Of a stretch of 43,306 nt of DNA, positions 35,424 through 43,306 are shown in pieces. The stretch's first letter is position 1, and the number at the start of each line of letters is the position of its first letter. Under the pieces are notes generated by a model that saw nothing but the letters and a program-made list of their open reading frames with translations, was not told where the DNA came from and did not search any database. Position numbers and translations under genes: made by a program. The stretch covers positions 1 to 43,306 of the forward strand of contig JBDRMG010000033.1 in the NCBI GenBank assembly GCA_043812495.1, written 5' to 3'. The DNA is from Candidatus Omnitrophota bacterium (GTDB lineage: Bacteria > Omnitrophota > Gorgyraeia > Zapsychrales > JBDRMG01).

Positions 35424-37990
35424 GCTTCTTTTAGATCAAGCCAATTGTGTCCGGCCTTGATACTGACCTTGATAGGAACATGCAAGACTAAGGGGTGTTC
35501 CATCTTTTCCCGTATCAGGGCAATCATCTCTTCTTTTTCTTCCCTGAGAACATCAAAGACCAGTTCGTCATGAACCGTGATAATCATTTTAGACTGCAGC
35601 GTCCTTGAATGGATTTCTTCGTGAATATGAATCATGGCGCATTTGATCAGATCTGCGGCCGATCCCTGAACGGGCGTATTAATAGCCTGCCGTTGGGCAA
35701 ACTGGGCGATGGCCATATTGTCGCTGTTGATCTCGGGTAAATACCGACGACGATTCAAAATGGTCACGACAAAACCTTTATCTTGCGCTTCTTTAATCTT
35801 TTCATCCATAAATTTCCTGACCGAAGGGTAACGTAAAAAATATTTATCGATAAACTCTTGAGCCTGAGTCTGTGAGATTTTAAGATCCTTGGCTAAACCG
35901 AAGGGGCTCATCCCATAAATAATGCCAAAATTAACTCTCTTGGCCGTATCTCTCATTTCTTTGGTGACCTTGCCCTGATGAACATCAAAAATTAAGGAAG
36001 CGGTAAATCGATGAATATCTTGATCCTCCTCAAAGGCTTTGATGAGATTTTTGTCACCGGAAAGGTGCGCCAGAATCCTCAATTCAATCTGCGAATAATC
36101 CGCCGAAATAATTTCATGCGAATCTTTGGAGGCAATAAAGGCCTTGCGAATTTTCCGGCCAAGTTCTGTGCGAACAGGAATATTCTGCAAATTGGGGTTG
36201 TTGGAACTCAACCGCCCCGTCTCGGTTCCCGTCTGATTAAAAGAGGCATGAATGCGTTTCGTGTAACGATCAACGAGTTTCGGCAAGGCATCGATATAGG
36301 TTGATTTGAGCTTCGTTAGCTGCCTGTATTCCAAGATCAACGCCGGCAGTGCATGTTTCTCGGCGAGCTTGCTCAAAACCCCCTCATCGGTCGAAAAACC
36401 GGTTTTCGTTTTCTTGATCACCGGTAATTTCAGCCGCTCAAACAAAACATGGCTCAACTGCTTGGGAGAATTCAAGTTGAACTCCATACCCGCCATGTGA
36501 GTCAACTTCTTGATCAGAGTCCCAATCTTTTCCTGGCATTCAAGCGAGAGTGTTTTGAGTAATCCCTCATCAATTTTGACACCTTCGGATTCCATGGCGG
36601 ACAAAACAAACGCCAGGGGCATTTCAATCTCGTCAAAAAGCTTAATGAGCGCCTTTTCCTCCAATTCTTTGGACAAAACAGAATACAACTCAAACAATAG
36701 ATTTGTTTCAAGGGCTAAATTTCTGTCCTCGGAAACCGTCTTTTTCGCATGACGCCAGGCTAAAGATGCCAAATCAAAAGTTCCTTGGGAAGGCGCCAAA
36801 AGATAACCGGCTAACATCACGTCAAAAGTTTTCCCCTTAAGTGTGATCTTTTTATCGCGTAAAGTTTTCAGTGAATTCTTAATATCATGATTGATTTTGA
36901 CAATATCCTCATTTTCAAAAACATCTTTGAGCTGGGAGATTTTATCTTGCGCTATGGCATAGACTTGGCCTTCGTCAACGGATATCATCATTTGGTCAAA
37001 CAAGACCTCTTGCGATTCGTCGGATGAGCTGAAAAGAAAAGCAAACCGGCCGCGCGTTTTAACCTTCTCTATGAAAGCATCCATTTCTTTGTTCGTTGTC
37101 AATTCTCTCGATTGAACGTGCATCCTGTCCTCTTGATGACCGGAAAATTCTTGAGCGATTTTGCGAAATTCCAGTTCTTTGAAAAGCTCAAAAAGGCCCT
37201 GGCGATCCGGCTCGATGACCTTCAAATTCTCCATTTGAAAATGGATGGGAACCTGGTCGTCTAAGATGGCTAATTCCCTGCTCAATAGGGCCTGCTGTTT
37301 TTGCTGCGTTAAAAGGCTCCTCACCTTCACAGACTTGATTTCATCAATATTTTTGAAGATCTCGTCCATAGAACCAAAACGATTGATGAGGGCGCGCGCT
37401 GTTACATCGCCAATACCGAGAACGCCCGGGATATTGTCTGTTTTATCTCCCGCCAGGCCGATAAAGTCCACAATCTTTTCCGGATCAATGCCAAGCGATT
37501 TCTTGACATCCTCTTTGTCCAAAATTTGATCTTGGCGAGAATGATAGACATAAACCTGATCCCCGAGCAATTGATACATATCTTTATCGCCGCTGACGAT
37601 CACAACTTTCAATTTCTCCTCTTTTGCTTTCTTAGCTATCGTTGCGATCACGTCGTCGGCTTCGAACCCTTCCATCTCGAAAATGGATAAGCGATGGGCT
37701 AGAACCATTTTCTTAATGAGAGGGATTTGGCTAACCAGCGGATCGGGCATAGGCGGACGATGGATTTTATATTCGGCGAACTTTTCTGTTCGCCGGGTTT
37801 TTTTGCCCACATCAAAACAAATGGCCATGTATGCGGGGCGATGGTCTTTGAGGATTTTACGCAGTGTATTGTAAAATCCAAAAACGGCATTCGTGGCCTG
37901 GCCGTAGGACGTCGCCAATCCCTTAATGGCAAAAAAGGACCGATAGCATAACGCATTGGCATCAATTAAAAACAGCGTAGGTTCGGACAT
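35420..37990 (-). CDS. polA: DNA polymerase I
   Basis: 5'-3' exo domain (EADD, SGDKD, GDKTDNIPG), TGRLSS.NPNLQNIP, ADYSQIELR, VHDEL. Confidence 0.97.
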   Translation of the reverse strand: MSEPTLFLIDANALCYRSFFAIKGLATSYGQATNAVFGFYNTLRKILKDHRPAYMAICFDVGKKTRRTEKFAEYKIHRPPMPDPLVSQIPLIKKMVLAHRLSIFEMEGFEADDVIATIAKKAKEEKLKVVIVSGDKDMYQLLGDQVYVYHSRQDQILDKEDVKKSLGIDPEKIVDFIGLAGDKTDNIPGVLGIGDVTARALINRFGSMDEIFKNIDEIKSVKVRSLLTQQKQQALLSRELAILDDQVPIHFQMENLKVIEPDRQGLFELFKELEFRKIAQEFSGHQEDRMHVQSRELTTNKEMDAFIEKVKTRGRFAFLFSSSDESQEVLFDQMMISVDEGQVYAIAQDKISQLKDVFENEDIVKINHDIKNSLKTLRDKKITLKGKTFDVMLAGYLLAPSQGTFDLASLAWRHAKKTVSEDRNLALETNLLFELYSVLSKELEEKALIKLFDEIEMPLAFVLSAMESEGVKIDEGLLKTLSLECQEKIGTLIKKLTHMAGMEFNLNSPKQLSHVLFERLKLPVIKKTKTGFSTDEGVLSKLAEKHALPALILEYRQLTKLKSTYIDALPKLVDRYTKRIHASFNQTGTETGRLSSNNPNLQNIPVRTELGRKIRKAFIASKDSHEIISADYSQIELRILAHLSGDKNLIKAFEEDQDIHRFTASLIFDVHQGKVTKEMRDTAKRVNFGIIYGMSPFGLAKDLKISQTQAQEFIDKYFLRYPSVRKFMDEKIKEAQDKGFVVTILNRRRYLPEINSDNMAIAQFAQRQAINTPVQGSAADLIKCAMIHIHEEIHSRTLQSKMIITVHDELVFDVLREEKEEMIALIREKMEHPLVLHVPIKVSIKAGHNWLDLKEA

Positions 37991-38029
37991 GAAGTGATCT
38001 TACAATTTTTAAGGATTTAACATGCTTGG

Positions 38030-38932
38030 CTATTTAGATACTTGAATAGGCTCGTTTGGAATAATGGCGAGTATCTTACGAAATTCAATTTTTGCGGATA
38101 CGGTGTCTCCCAGTCTCAACATCTTAAGGGCAGAATCCGCATGCACCTTGGCTTGGTCATAGGTATAATTCAGTATCGCCTGATTACGGGCTGCAATGAT
38201 GTTAGGATTCTGCGGAGTAAAGGACAGAGCGCGGTTATATTCCATAATCGCTTCCTTGTACTTCTTGTCTTTGTCTAGCTTTTGCCCCCTTTCATAAAAA
38301 TCTTTGGCTTTAATGACCTGCTGATGGAAATCCTCTCTGGCTTCTTCAACCAGGGCTTGATTCAATTCATCAATTTGCTGCCGCTCAAGCCAAGCGCGGA
38401 TATCGGGAAACCTTTCACTCAGTTCGCTCAAACGCTCCTTGGCATGTTTGGTCCACGGGTCGTTGGCATCACCCCAAGCAACGCGTTTTTTCAAATACTC
38501 CGCTGCTTTTCGGTAATCTTCCTGGCGTTCATACAAATAGGCGAGATTCGCGTAGGTCGGTAAGTAGTGACTATCCGAATGAAGAGCTTCCAGGTAGCTT
38601 GTTTCCGCTTGCTCCAGTAAACCTAATTTTTCATAAACCACGCCGATATCATTGTAAAGGATCGCCGGGTTGGCGCTCAGGGCAGCGGCCTTAGTATAGA
38701 AAGAAAGGGCCTCGTCTAACTTGCCTTCCTGCTGCGCGCTATAGCCCTTCAGGCGATAGTCTTCGGCAGACTCTTCTTTTAAATCGGCAAAAACGTTAGA
38801 ATGAAAGGTGAATAAAAATAAGGAGACAATCAGAAGCGTTCGCAAGATCGAATTGAGTGTTTGAAATCTTTCAGTGTTTTTATAATAGCTGACAAAATTT
38901 TGTTTGGCAAGTAAATTTTTGGATTCACGCAT
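38030..38932 (-). CDS. Tetratricopeptide repeat protein
   Basis: Several TPR units (YNDIGVVYEKLG, YANLAYLYE); hydrophobic N-terminal segment; start uncertain. Confidence 0.8.
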   Translation of the reverse strand: MRESKNLLAKQNFVSYYKNTERFQTLNSILRTLLIVSLFLFTFHSNVFADLKEESAEDYRLKGYSAQQEGKLDEALSFYTKAAALSANPAILYNDIGVVYEKLGLLEQAETSYLEALHSDSHYLPTYANLAYLYERQEDYRKAAEYLKKRVAWGDANDPWTKHAKERLSELSERFPDIRAWLERQQIDELNQALVEEAREDFHQQVIKAKDFYERGQKLDKDKKYKEAIMEYNRALSFTPQNPNIIAARNQAILNYTYDQAKVHADSALKMLRLGDTVSAKIEFRKILAIIPNEPIQVSK

Positions 38933-38979
38933 GCATAACTCTCTTTGTTACCATCTAGATCCGATGTGATAACTCCTGA

Positions 38980-40293
38980 TCAATTGATCTGAATATTTTC
39001 CCCATCAGGAAGCTGGTCAAGTGAAGAACTCATGCCTTGAGGATCAGCCGGATGTTCTTCGGTCGCGGGACGATCGGGAATCATTTCAAGAATCTCCGCG
39101 TAAGAGCAGGGATTCAAAAGGCGTCCTCCGAGGCTTGAAACATCGACCCTGTCTTCGATCAGACGCAAATACTTATCCTTTTCTTCCTGAGTATTTATTA
39201 AAACAACGCCGATCGCACGATCATTTTTGATTAAAATGCTCTTATAGGATTGAGAGTCCCCATCGGATTGAGAAAGCACCTTGCAGCCTTCATGAGATTT
39301 GGTTTGGCCTAAAATATCAATTTCAAGATCACCTATCTTAAGAGCATATGATCGCAAGGAAGGCTGATAGGCTGCTGGCTGACCGGAGATATTGGCGCTC
39401 AAAACTTTTGCCTGAGCTTCTTGATCAGCAAGAGGGCTCTCTTCGCCTTGTTTGGAGTCCGCAAATTCGCATGCCTTCCCCATAGCGTACACATGATCAA
39501 GGTTGGTGCGTAGAAATTCGTTAACCATCAAGCCCTGCTTGATTGCTAGGCCTGAATCAGCCACAAGGCGCCAATCGGGCTTAATCCGGCCCAGAATCAC
39601 AACCTGAGCCGCAAGGACTTTGCCTGATTCGAGCCTGATGGCTTTGACATCTCCGTTGCCGAGGATTTCGTTGATGTCATTGTTGCGTGCCACGCGTATA
39701 TCATTTTTTTCAAGGGCTTGCGTAATAAGTTCGGCAGGTTCTTTTTCAATCAACTGAGACAGAATATATTCTTTTCCGGTTAGCACGATGACATCTTTTT
39801 TCCGCTCTTTAAGCCGGCAGGCGACGGTTAGCCCCTTTGGCGTATCCACATCGATCGCGACGGTCTCTGTGACAGGTAAAACAGCGGCCATATTCTTCAC
39901 GTCGGTCCACCGCTCAAGACTGAAGACACCCGCCTTCTGCGTACCTTTCATTTCCGGAAAACGAATCGCGGGCGCGTCGGCAATCACCAGAATATCGAAG
40001 GAAATCTGTTCTTTGTCATCTGTCGCGAGGATGTTCTTCTTGAGGTTAATACGGCTTATTGTTTTATTCGCTATGAGCTGAATTCTCTTTTGCTGATAAT
40101 AATTCTCATTCTCGAAATAAACGTCTTTTTCTTCGATTTTCTTGCTTAGAAAATCCACAAATAAGTGAGAATGGAAAGGAAGCGCTGCGTCCGTACAGAA
40201 AATGATGATTTCACTTTCTGAATCCGCAAGACGAATCTCTTGGGCGCATTTTGCACCGGCGTAAGAATTCCCGAGTATAAGAATTTTCTTCAT
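38980..40293 (-). CDS. FAD/NAD(P)-dependent oxidoreductase-like protein (NirB N-terminal/rubredoxin reductase fold), degenerate motifs
   Basis: KILILGNSYAG, G..VNEFLRTN..HVYA.G, C-terminal dimerisation domain. Confidence 0.75.
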   Translation of the reverse strand: MKKILILGNSYAGAKCAQEIRLADSESEIIIFCTDAALPFHSHLFVDFLSKKIEEKDVYFENENYYQQKRIQLIANKTISRINLKKNILATDDKEQISFDILVIADAPAIRFPEMKGTQKAGVFSLERWTDVKNMAAVLPVTETVAIDVDTPKGLTVACRLKERKKDVIVLTGKEYILSQLIEKEPAELITQALEKNDIRVARNNDINEILGNGDVKAIRLESGKVLAAQVVILGRIKPDWRLVADSGLAIKQGLMVNEFLRTNLDHVYAMGKACEFADSKQGEESPLADQEAQAKVLSANISGQPAAYQPSLRSYALKIGDLEIDILGQTKSHEGCKVLSQSDGDSQSYKSILIKNDRAIGVVLINTQEEKDKYLRLIEDRVDVSSLGGRLLNPCSYAEILEMIPDRPATEEHPADPQGMSSSLDQLPDGENIQIN

Positions 40294-40298
40294 ATATG

Positions 40299-41165
40299 TT
40301 ATTCTTTTCTTGTTTGGAGTTTAAAAACCTCGATCCCGTTTTTCATCAATAGCATAACCGTCATCGGCCCCACACCGCCCGGCACAGGCGCAATATAAGA
40401 TGCTCTTTTTTTCGCCTCTTCAAATTCAACATCACCGACTATTTTTGAGCCTGCTTTGTTGATGCCGACATCGATCACGCAAGCCCCTTCCTTGATCCAA
40501 TCACCTTTGATCAGATCGGCTTGGCCAACAGCCACAATCAAGATATCAGCTTGTGCCACATGCTCTTTGAGCCGGCCGGCTTCGCTTGTCGCAATATGGC
40601 AAATTGTTACGGTGGCCAACTCTCTCAATAAAAGCAAAGCCAGGGGCTTTCCAACAATATCGCTGTGCCCGACAATCACGACGTCTTTTCCTCGGACCGT
40701 TAAGCCCGTGGATTTGATTAAGGCCATCACCGCTGCGGGCGTGCAAGGGATAATGGTCGTTTCTCCTAAAAGCATCCGTCCGATATTGACCGCATTGATT
40801 CCCTCGATGTCTTTATGGATGTCGATTGCGCTTAAGGCTAGCCGATAATCAATAGCCTCCGGAACCGGCCGGTGAATCAGAATGCCGTTGATTTTGGGAT
40901 CATGGTTTAACTTGTTGACATAATCCATAAAATCTTCTTGGGAAATATTATACGGGAGGTGAATCCATTGATAATCCACACCGATGAATTCGGCCGCTTT
41001 CTTCTGCGCCTGCGCGTACGCGCAAGACCCTCCATCGTCTCCGATCATCAAGTTGACCAGCGTAGGGACGCGGCCGGTTGCTGCCTTTAAATCATCAACG
41101 TCCTTTTTTAACTTTTCTTTGAGCTGGTTCGCCAGCCAATTTCCGTCAATCAGTTTGGCGCTCAT
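40299..41165 (-). CDS. folD: Methylenetetrahydrofolate dehydrogenase (FolD family)
   Basis: LIDG, PCTP, G.SDIVGKP, VIDVGIN, GDV.F, PVPGGVGPMT. Confidence 0.95.
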   Translation of the reverse strand: MSAKLIDGNWLANQLKEKLKKDVDDLKAATGRVPTLVNLMIGDDGGSCAYAQAQKKAAEFIGVDYQWIHLPYNISQEDFMDYVNKLNHDPKINGILIHRPVPEAIDYRLALSAIDIHKDIEGINAVNIGRMLLGETTIIPCTPAAVMALIKSTGLTVRGKDVVIVGHSDIVGKPLALLLLRELATVTICHIATSEAGRLKEHVAQADILIVAVGQADLIKGDWIKEGACVIDVGINKAGSKIVGDVEFEEAKKRASYIAPVPGGVGPMTVMLLMKNGIEVFKLQTRKE

Positions 41166-41647
41166 TGATTCACCTCGATATGAATCAGGCTCGCGCGAAA
41201 CGCGGCCAATAAGAATTCCACGGCCACCTGAATATCGCTCACAAGATAAGGGCTTCCGTGCTTAACCAAAAACGGCGTCATCCCGACGGCCTCATAACAT
41301 AATCGGCAAACTTCCCGCGGAACGTCCTGTGCTTTCTTTAAGGCCTTCTTCTTTAATGTGGTTTTGCTGTTAGAAATCTTCCTTACATTAAGATAAACCT
41401 TGGCATCCAAATCAACGAGCTGAAGAAGGCGTCGGCGCATCGCTTCGCTTCTTTTCAAAATGTTCTTGATTTTTTGATCAACGGCCTTGGAATTCTTCCG
41501 TCCCTTGGCATAGCGAGCCGCCATGCCTATTAATCCGAGGCCAAGCGCAGCCACCAAAGAAGCCGCGGACCCTCCTCCTGGCACGGGTTCCTTACTGGAC
41601 AAGTGGCCCAGATATTCTTGAATGGTTTGGCTCTTATAGGAACGCAT
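41162..41647 (-). CDS. Cyclodeaminase/cyclohydrolase family protein (FchA-like methenyl-THF cyclohydrolase)
   Basis: L.S.EPVPGGGSAA, D.D...Y, VP, SD, N motifs (FTCD_C); 4-nt overlap with folD. Confidence 0.85.
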   Translation of the reverse strand: MRSYKSQTIQEYLGHLSSKEPVPGGGSAASLVAALGLGLIGMAARYAKGRKNSKAVDQKIKNILKRSEAMRRRLLQLVDLDAKVYLNVRKISNSKTTLKKKALKKAQDVPREVCRLCYEAVGMTPFLVKHGSPYLVSDIQVAVEFLLAAFRASLIHIEVNQ

Positions 41648-41761
41648 TTTTATTTTCTAAGCGTATGGACCTTGCTGGGATAATCACAAATTGAAAGGAT
41701 GAATGTATGGTTTCTTAATCGTTGGAATAGAAAAACTTACCTCGCTAACACAAGTGATAAG

Positions 41762-41879
41762 GAAATATTATCATTGCATTTGCTTAATCCCCGACTTCTT
41801 GCTTTCGCAAGAAAGCAGCGGGGTCAATTCGGCCATGCACTTATGTTGATTATCATTCCATAAGTGCAGGCCTCATTGA
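41762..41879 (-). repeat. Structured intergenic element, copy 12 (short form)
   Basis: Minus strand TCAAT-GA-GGCC-TGCACTTATG-GAATGATAATCAA-CATAAGTGCA-T-GGCC-GA-ATTGA-CCCCG...CGGGG-ATTAAGCAAATGCAATGATAATATTTC. Confidence 0.92.
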
Positions 41880-41889
41880 AAAGACAATT

Positions 41890-41918
41890 TATAATACCTT
41901 ATGCAAAAACCATTTTCA
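41890..41918 (-). promoter_or_regulatory. Putative sigma70 promoter immediately upstream of element copy 12 and the fchA-folD operon
   Basis: Minus strand TTGAAA-17nt-TATTAT. Confidence 0.55.
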
Positions 41919-41960
41919 ATATCTTCTTAACTTTTTTCAACTTTGCTTTTTTGCCTGATG

Positions 41961-42344
41961 TTAATACAGATAGGGGCCCATGGCATCAAAGGCATTTTCC
42001 AGAATTTTGACGCAAGGCTTTTGATCCTCATCCGTTGTCACGGCCGCCATGTCAAAGCGTGCCTTTCTCTTGAGCCAATTTTTACGCTTCAAGTAGACCA
42101 AGGCCAGTTGCGTGAGTTTATGTTTTTTTCGCGGCGTGATCGCCTCCAAAGGAGTGCCCCTACTGGCGGTTGTGCGCGTCTTGACTTCGATAAAGCACAC
42201 TGTATCCTCATGGAGGGCAATAATATCGATTTCGCCTAAAGGATGACGAAAATTTTTTTCAAGAATCCGATATCCTTTTTTCTTGAGAACATCAGCAGCC
42301 CAGTCTTCGCCTGCCTGTCCTAATATTTTCTTGCCTAAAGTCAT
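41961..42344 (-). CDS. yraN: YraN family (UPF0102) endonuclease-like protein
   Basis: G..GE..A, GY.ILEKN.R, GEIDII, FIEVKTR, RFD. Confidence 0.92.
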   Translation of the reverse strand: MTLGKKILGQAGEDWAADVLKKKGYRILEKNFRHPLGEIDIIALHEDTVCFIEVKTRTTASRGTPLEAITPRKKHKLTQLALVYLKRKNWLKRKARFDMAAVTTDEDQKPCVKILENAFDAMGPYLY

Positions 42345-42353
42345 TTAGGAATT

Positions 42354-42537
42354 TTGAAATATTATAATTGTATTTGTTTAATTCCCAGAGTCCGCGACTA
42401 TTTTTGGTCGCGGACTCTGGGTCAATTCGGCCTTATGACTTATGTTCCGTCAATTCGATAAAATCGAATTGACGAGACCTCGCAAAAAATTCAAAAAATT
42501 GGCGGGCGCTTCACTCCATAAGTCATGGCCTCATGGA
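42354..42537 (-). repeat. Structured intergenic element, copy 13 (long form, supplies the rnhB stop)
   Basis: Minus strand TCCAT-GA-GGCC-ATGACTTATG...CATAAGTCAT-AA-GGCC-GA-ATTGA, hairpin CCCAGAGTCCGCGAC/GTCGCGGACTCTGGG, tail CAAATACAATTATAATATTTCAA. Confidence 0.92.
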
Positions 42538-43153
42538 ATCGAAATGTTTTGCGGTGAATGGCGGAAGGCCCAAATCTCTTTAACGCCATTCTGTGCTTTC
42601 GGGTCGGATAACCTTTATGTTCTTTGAAACCATACTGAGGATAAACCGCATCATAGGTCGCAAGAATACGGTCACGGATCACTTTGGCGACGATCGAGGC
42701 GCACGCAATCGAACGGCTCAATTGATCGCCACGGATAATGGTTTTATACGAATAGGGCAAGTCGGCACGGAACGATTGACCGTCGACTAGAAGACAAACT
42801 TTTTTTGCAAAATTCTTATGAAGCTTTTTCTTTGCAGGCAATCGGTCTATCAACCGTTCCACGGCCTGGGCCATGGCCCGATAGGTGGCTTCTAAAATAT
42901 TGATCTCGTCAATCACGGCTTCATTCATAATGCCGACGCCCAGATAACCATTTTGGAAAATTTCATGAAAGGCATTTTCGCGTTGTTGAGGCGTCAGGGT
43001 TTTGCTATCTTGGATTTTATGACGGAATCGTTTCTTGGTCAGAATGACCGCTGAGGCCACTACCGGACCGGCCAAAGGCCCTCGCCCCGCTTCATCAATG
43101 CCAACGATGAATTGAAAGCCTTGTTTTTTTGCTTTATTTTCGTAATAAAGCAT
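42491..43153 (-). CDS. rnhB: Ribonuclease HII
   Basis: GIDEAGRGPLAGPV, DSK, LVDG, IACASIVAKV.RD, KGYPT..H, HRKTF. Confidence 0.96.
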   Translation of the reverse strand: MLYYENKAKKQGFQFIVGIDEAGRGPLAGPVVASAVILTKKRFRHKIQDSKTLTPQQRENAFHEIFQNGYLGVGIMNEAVIDEINILEATYRAMAQAVERLIDRLPAKKKLHKNFAKKVCLLVDGQSFRADLPYSYKTIIRGDQLSRSIACASIVAKVIRDRILATYDAVYPQYGFKEHKGYPTRKHRMALKRFGPSAIHRKTFRFHEAMTYGVKRPPIF

Positions 43154-43306
43154 GCGGGGTTGAGGACAGTACTTTGTTAAAAAATATTTTAAAATAATTT
43201 TTTTACGTTTATTTTGAAAAACTGTCTTTACGTAAAATTTGCGGAATCATAACTTACGTCATTTCAATGCGTTGCGTCAAATTTTCTTCATTTCCCCTTG
43301 ATTTAT

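Noticed and set aside
36700..37100. Degenerate 3'-5' exonuclease domain in PolA
   Set aside because: Common in bacterial Pol I; not unusual
41762..41879. Hammerhead ribozyme reading of the element (AUGA-GGCC...GGCC-GAA)
   Set aside because: The core would be UCAAUGA/GAAU rather than CUGANGA/GAAA, no stem I is evident, and the bases flanking the GA pairs covary as a continuous helix
308..42790. Remaining + strand and alternate-frame ORFs in the track (e.g. 22625-23305, 27325-27978)
   Set aside because: Antisense or out-of-frame shadows of well-supported genes; rpmB is the only credible complete + strand CDS
43200..43280. Repeated TTACGT motifs at the right edge
   Set aside because: Short, irregularly spaced, in AT-rich sequence and cut by the window edge; cannot be supported

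Overview
43.3-kb bacterial chromosomal segment, almost entirely coded on the minus strand. The gene style suggests a PVC-superphylum/Omnitrophota-like organism, which is inference only. The right three-quarters is housekeeping: rnhB-yraN, fchA-folD, polA-glgA-coaE-rho-rpmE-prfA-prmC-murA, trpG-D-C-F and trpB-A, rsfS-argS-recJ, rpmB, dinB. The left ~10 kb is accessory: two toxin-antitoxin-like pairs, a PAS-GAF-GGDEF cyclase and secreted or membrane hypothetical proteins. The main signal is non-coding. Nearly every intergenic gap holds a structured repeat. One family has 13 loci (full copies ~120-190 bp) that share a fold but not a sequence: a 5-bp stem, an invariant tandem GA/GA mismatch, a 4-bp stem, a bulge and a ~10-bp stem with a variable cap, then a second hairpin and an AT-rich tail ending TTTC(AA). 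The stems covary extensively, copies occur in both orientations, one locus is double-ended, and two copies supply the stop codons of trpG and rnhB. Also present: 7-10-nt-period inverted micro-repeat arrays, REP-like palindromes, a 189-bp dispersed repeat, a c-di-GMP-I riboswitch with no adjacent gene, a 56-aa ORF missed by the ORF track that resembles crenarchaeal chromatin protein CC1, and a FolD lacking its cyclohydrolase residues next to fchA. No rRNA, tRNA, CRISPR array or transposase gene was seen.
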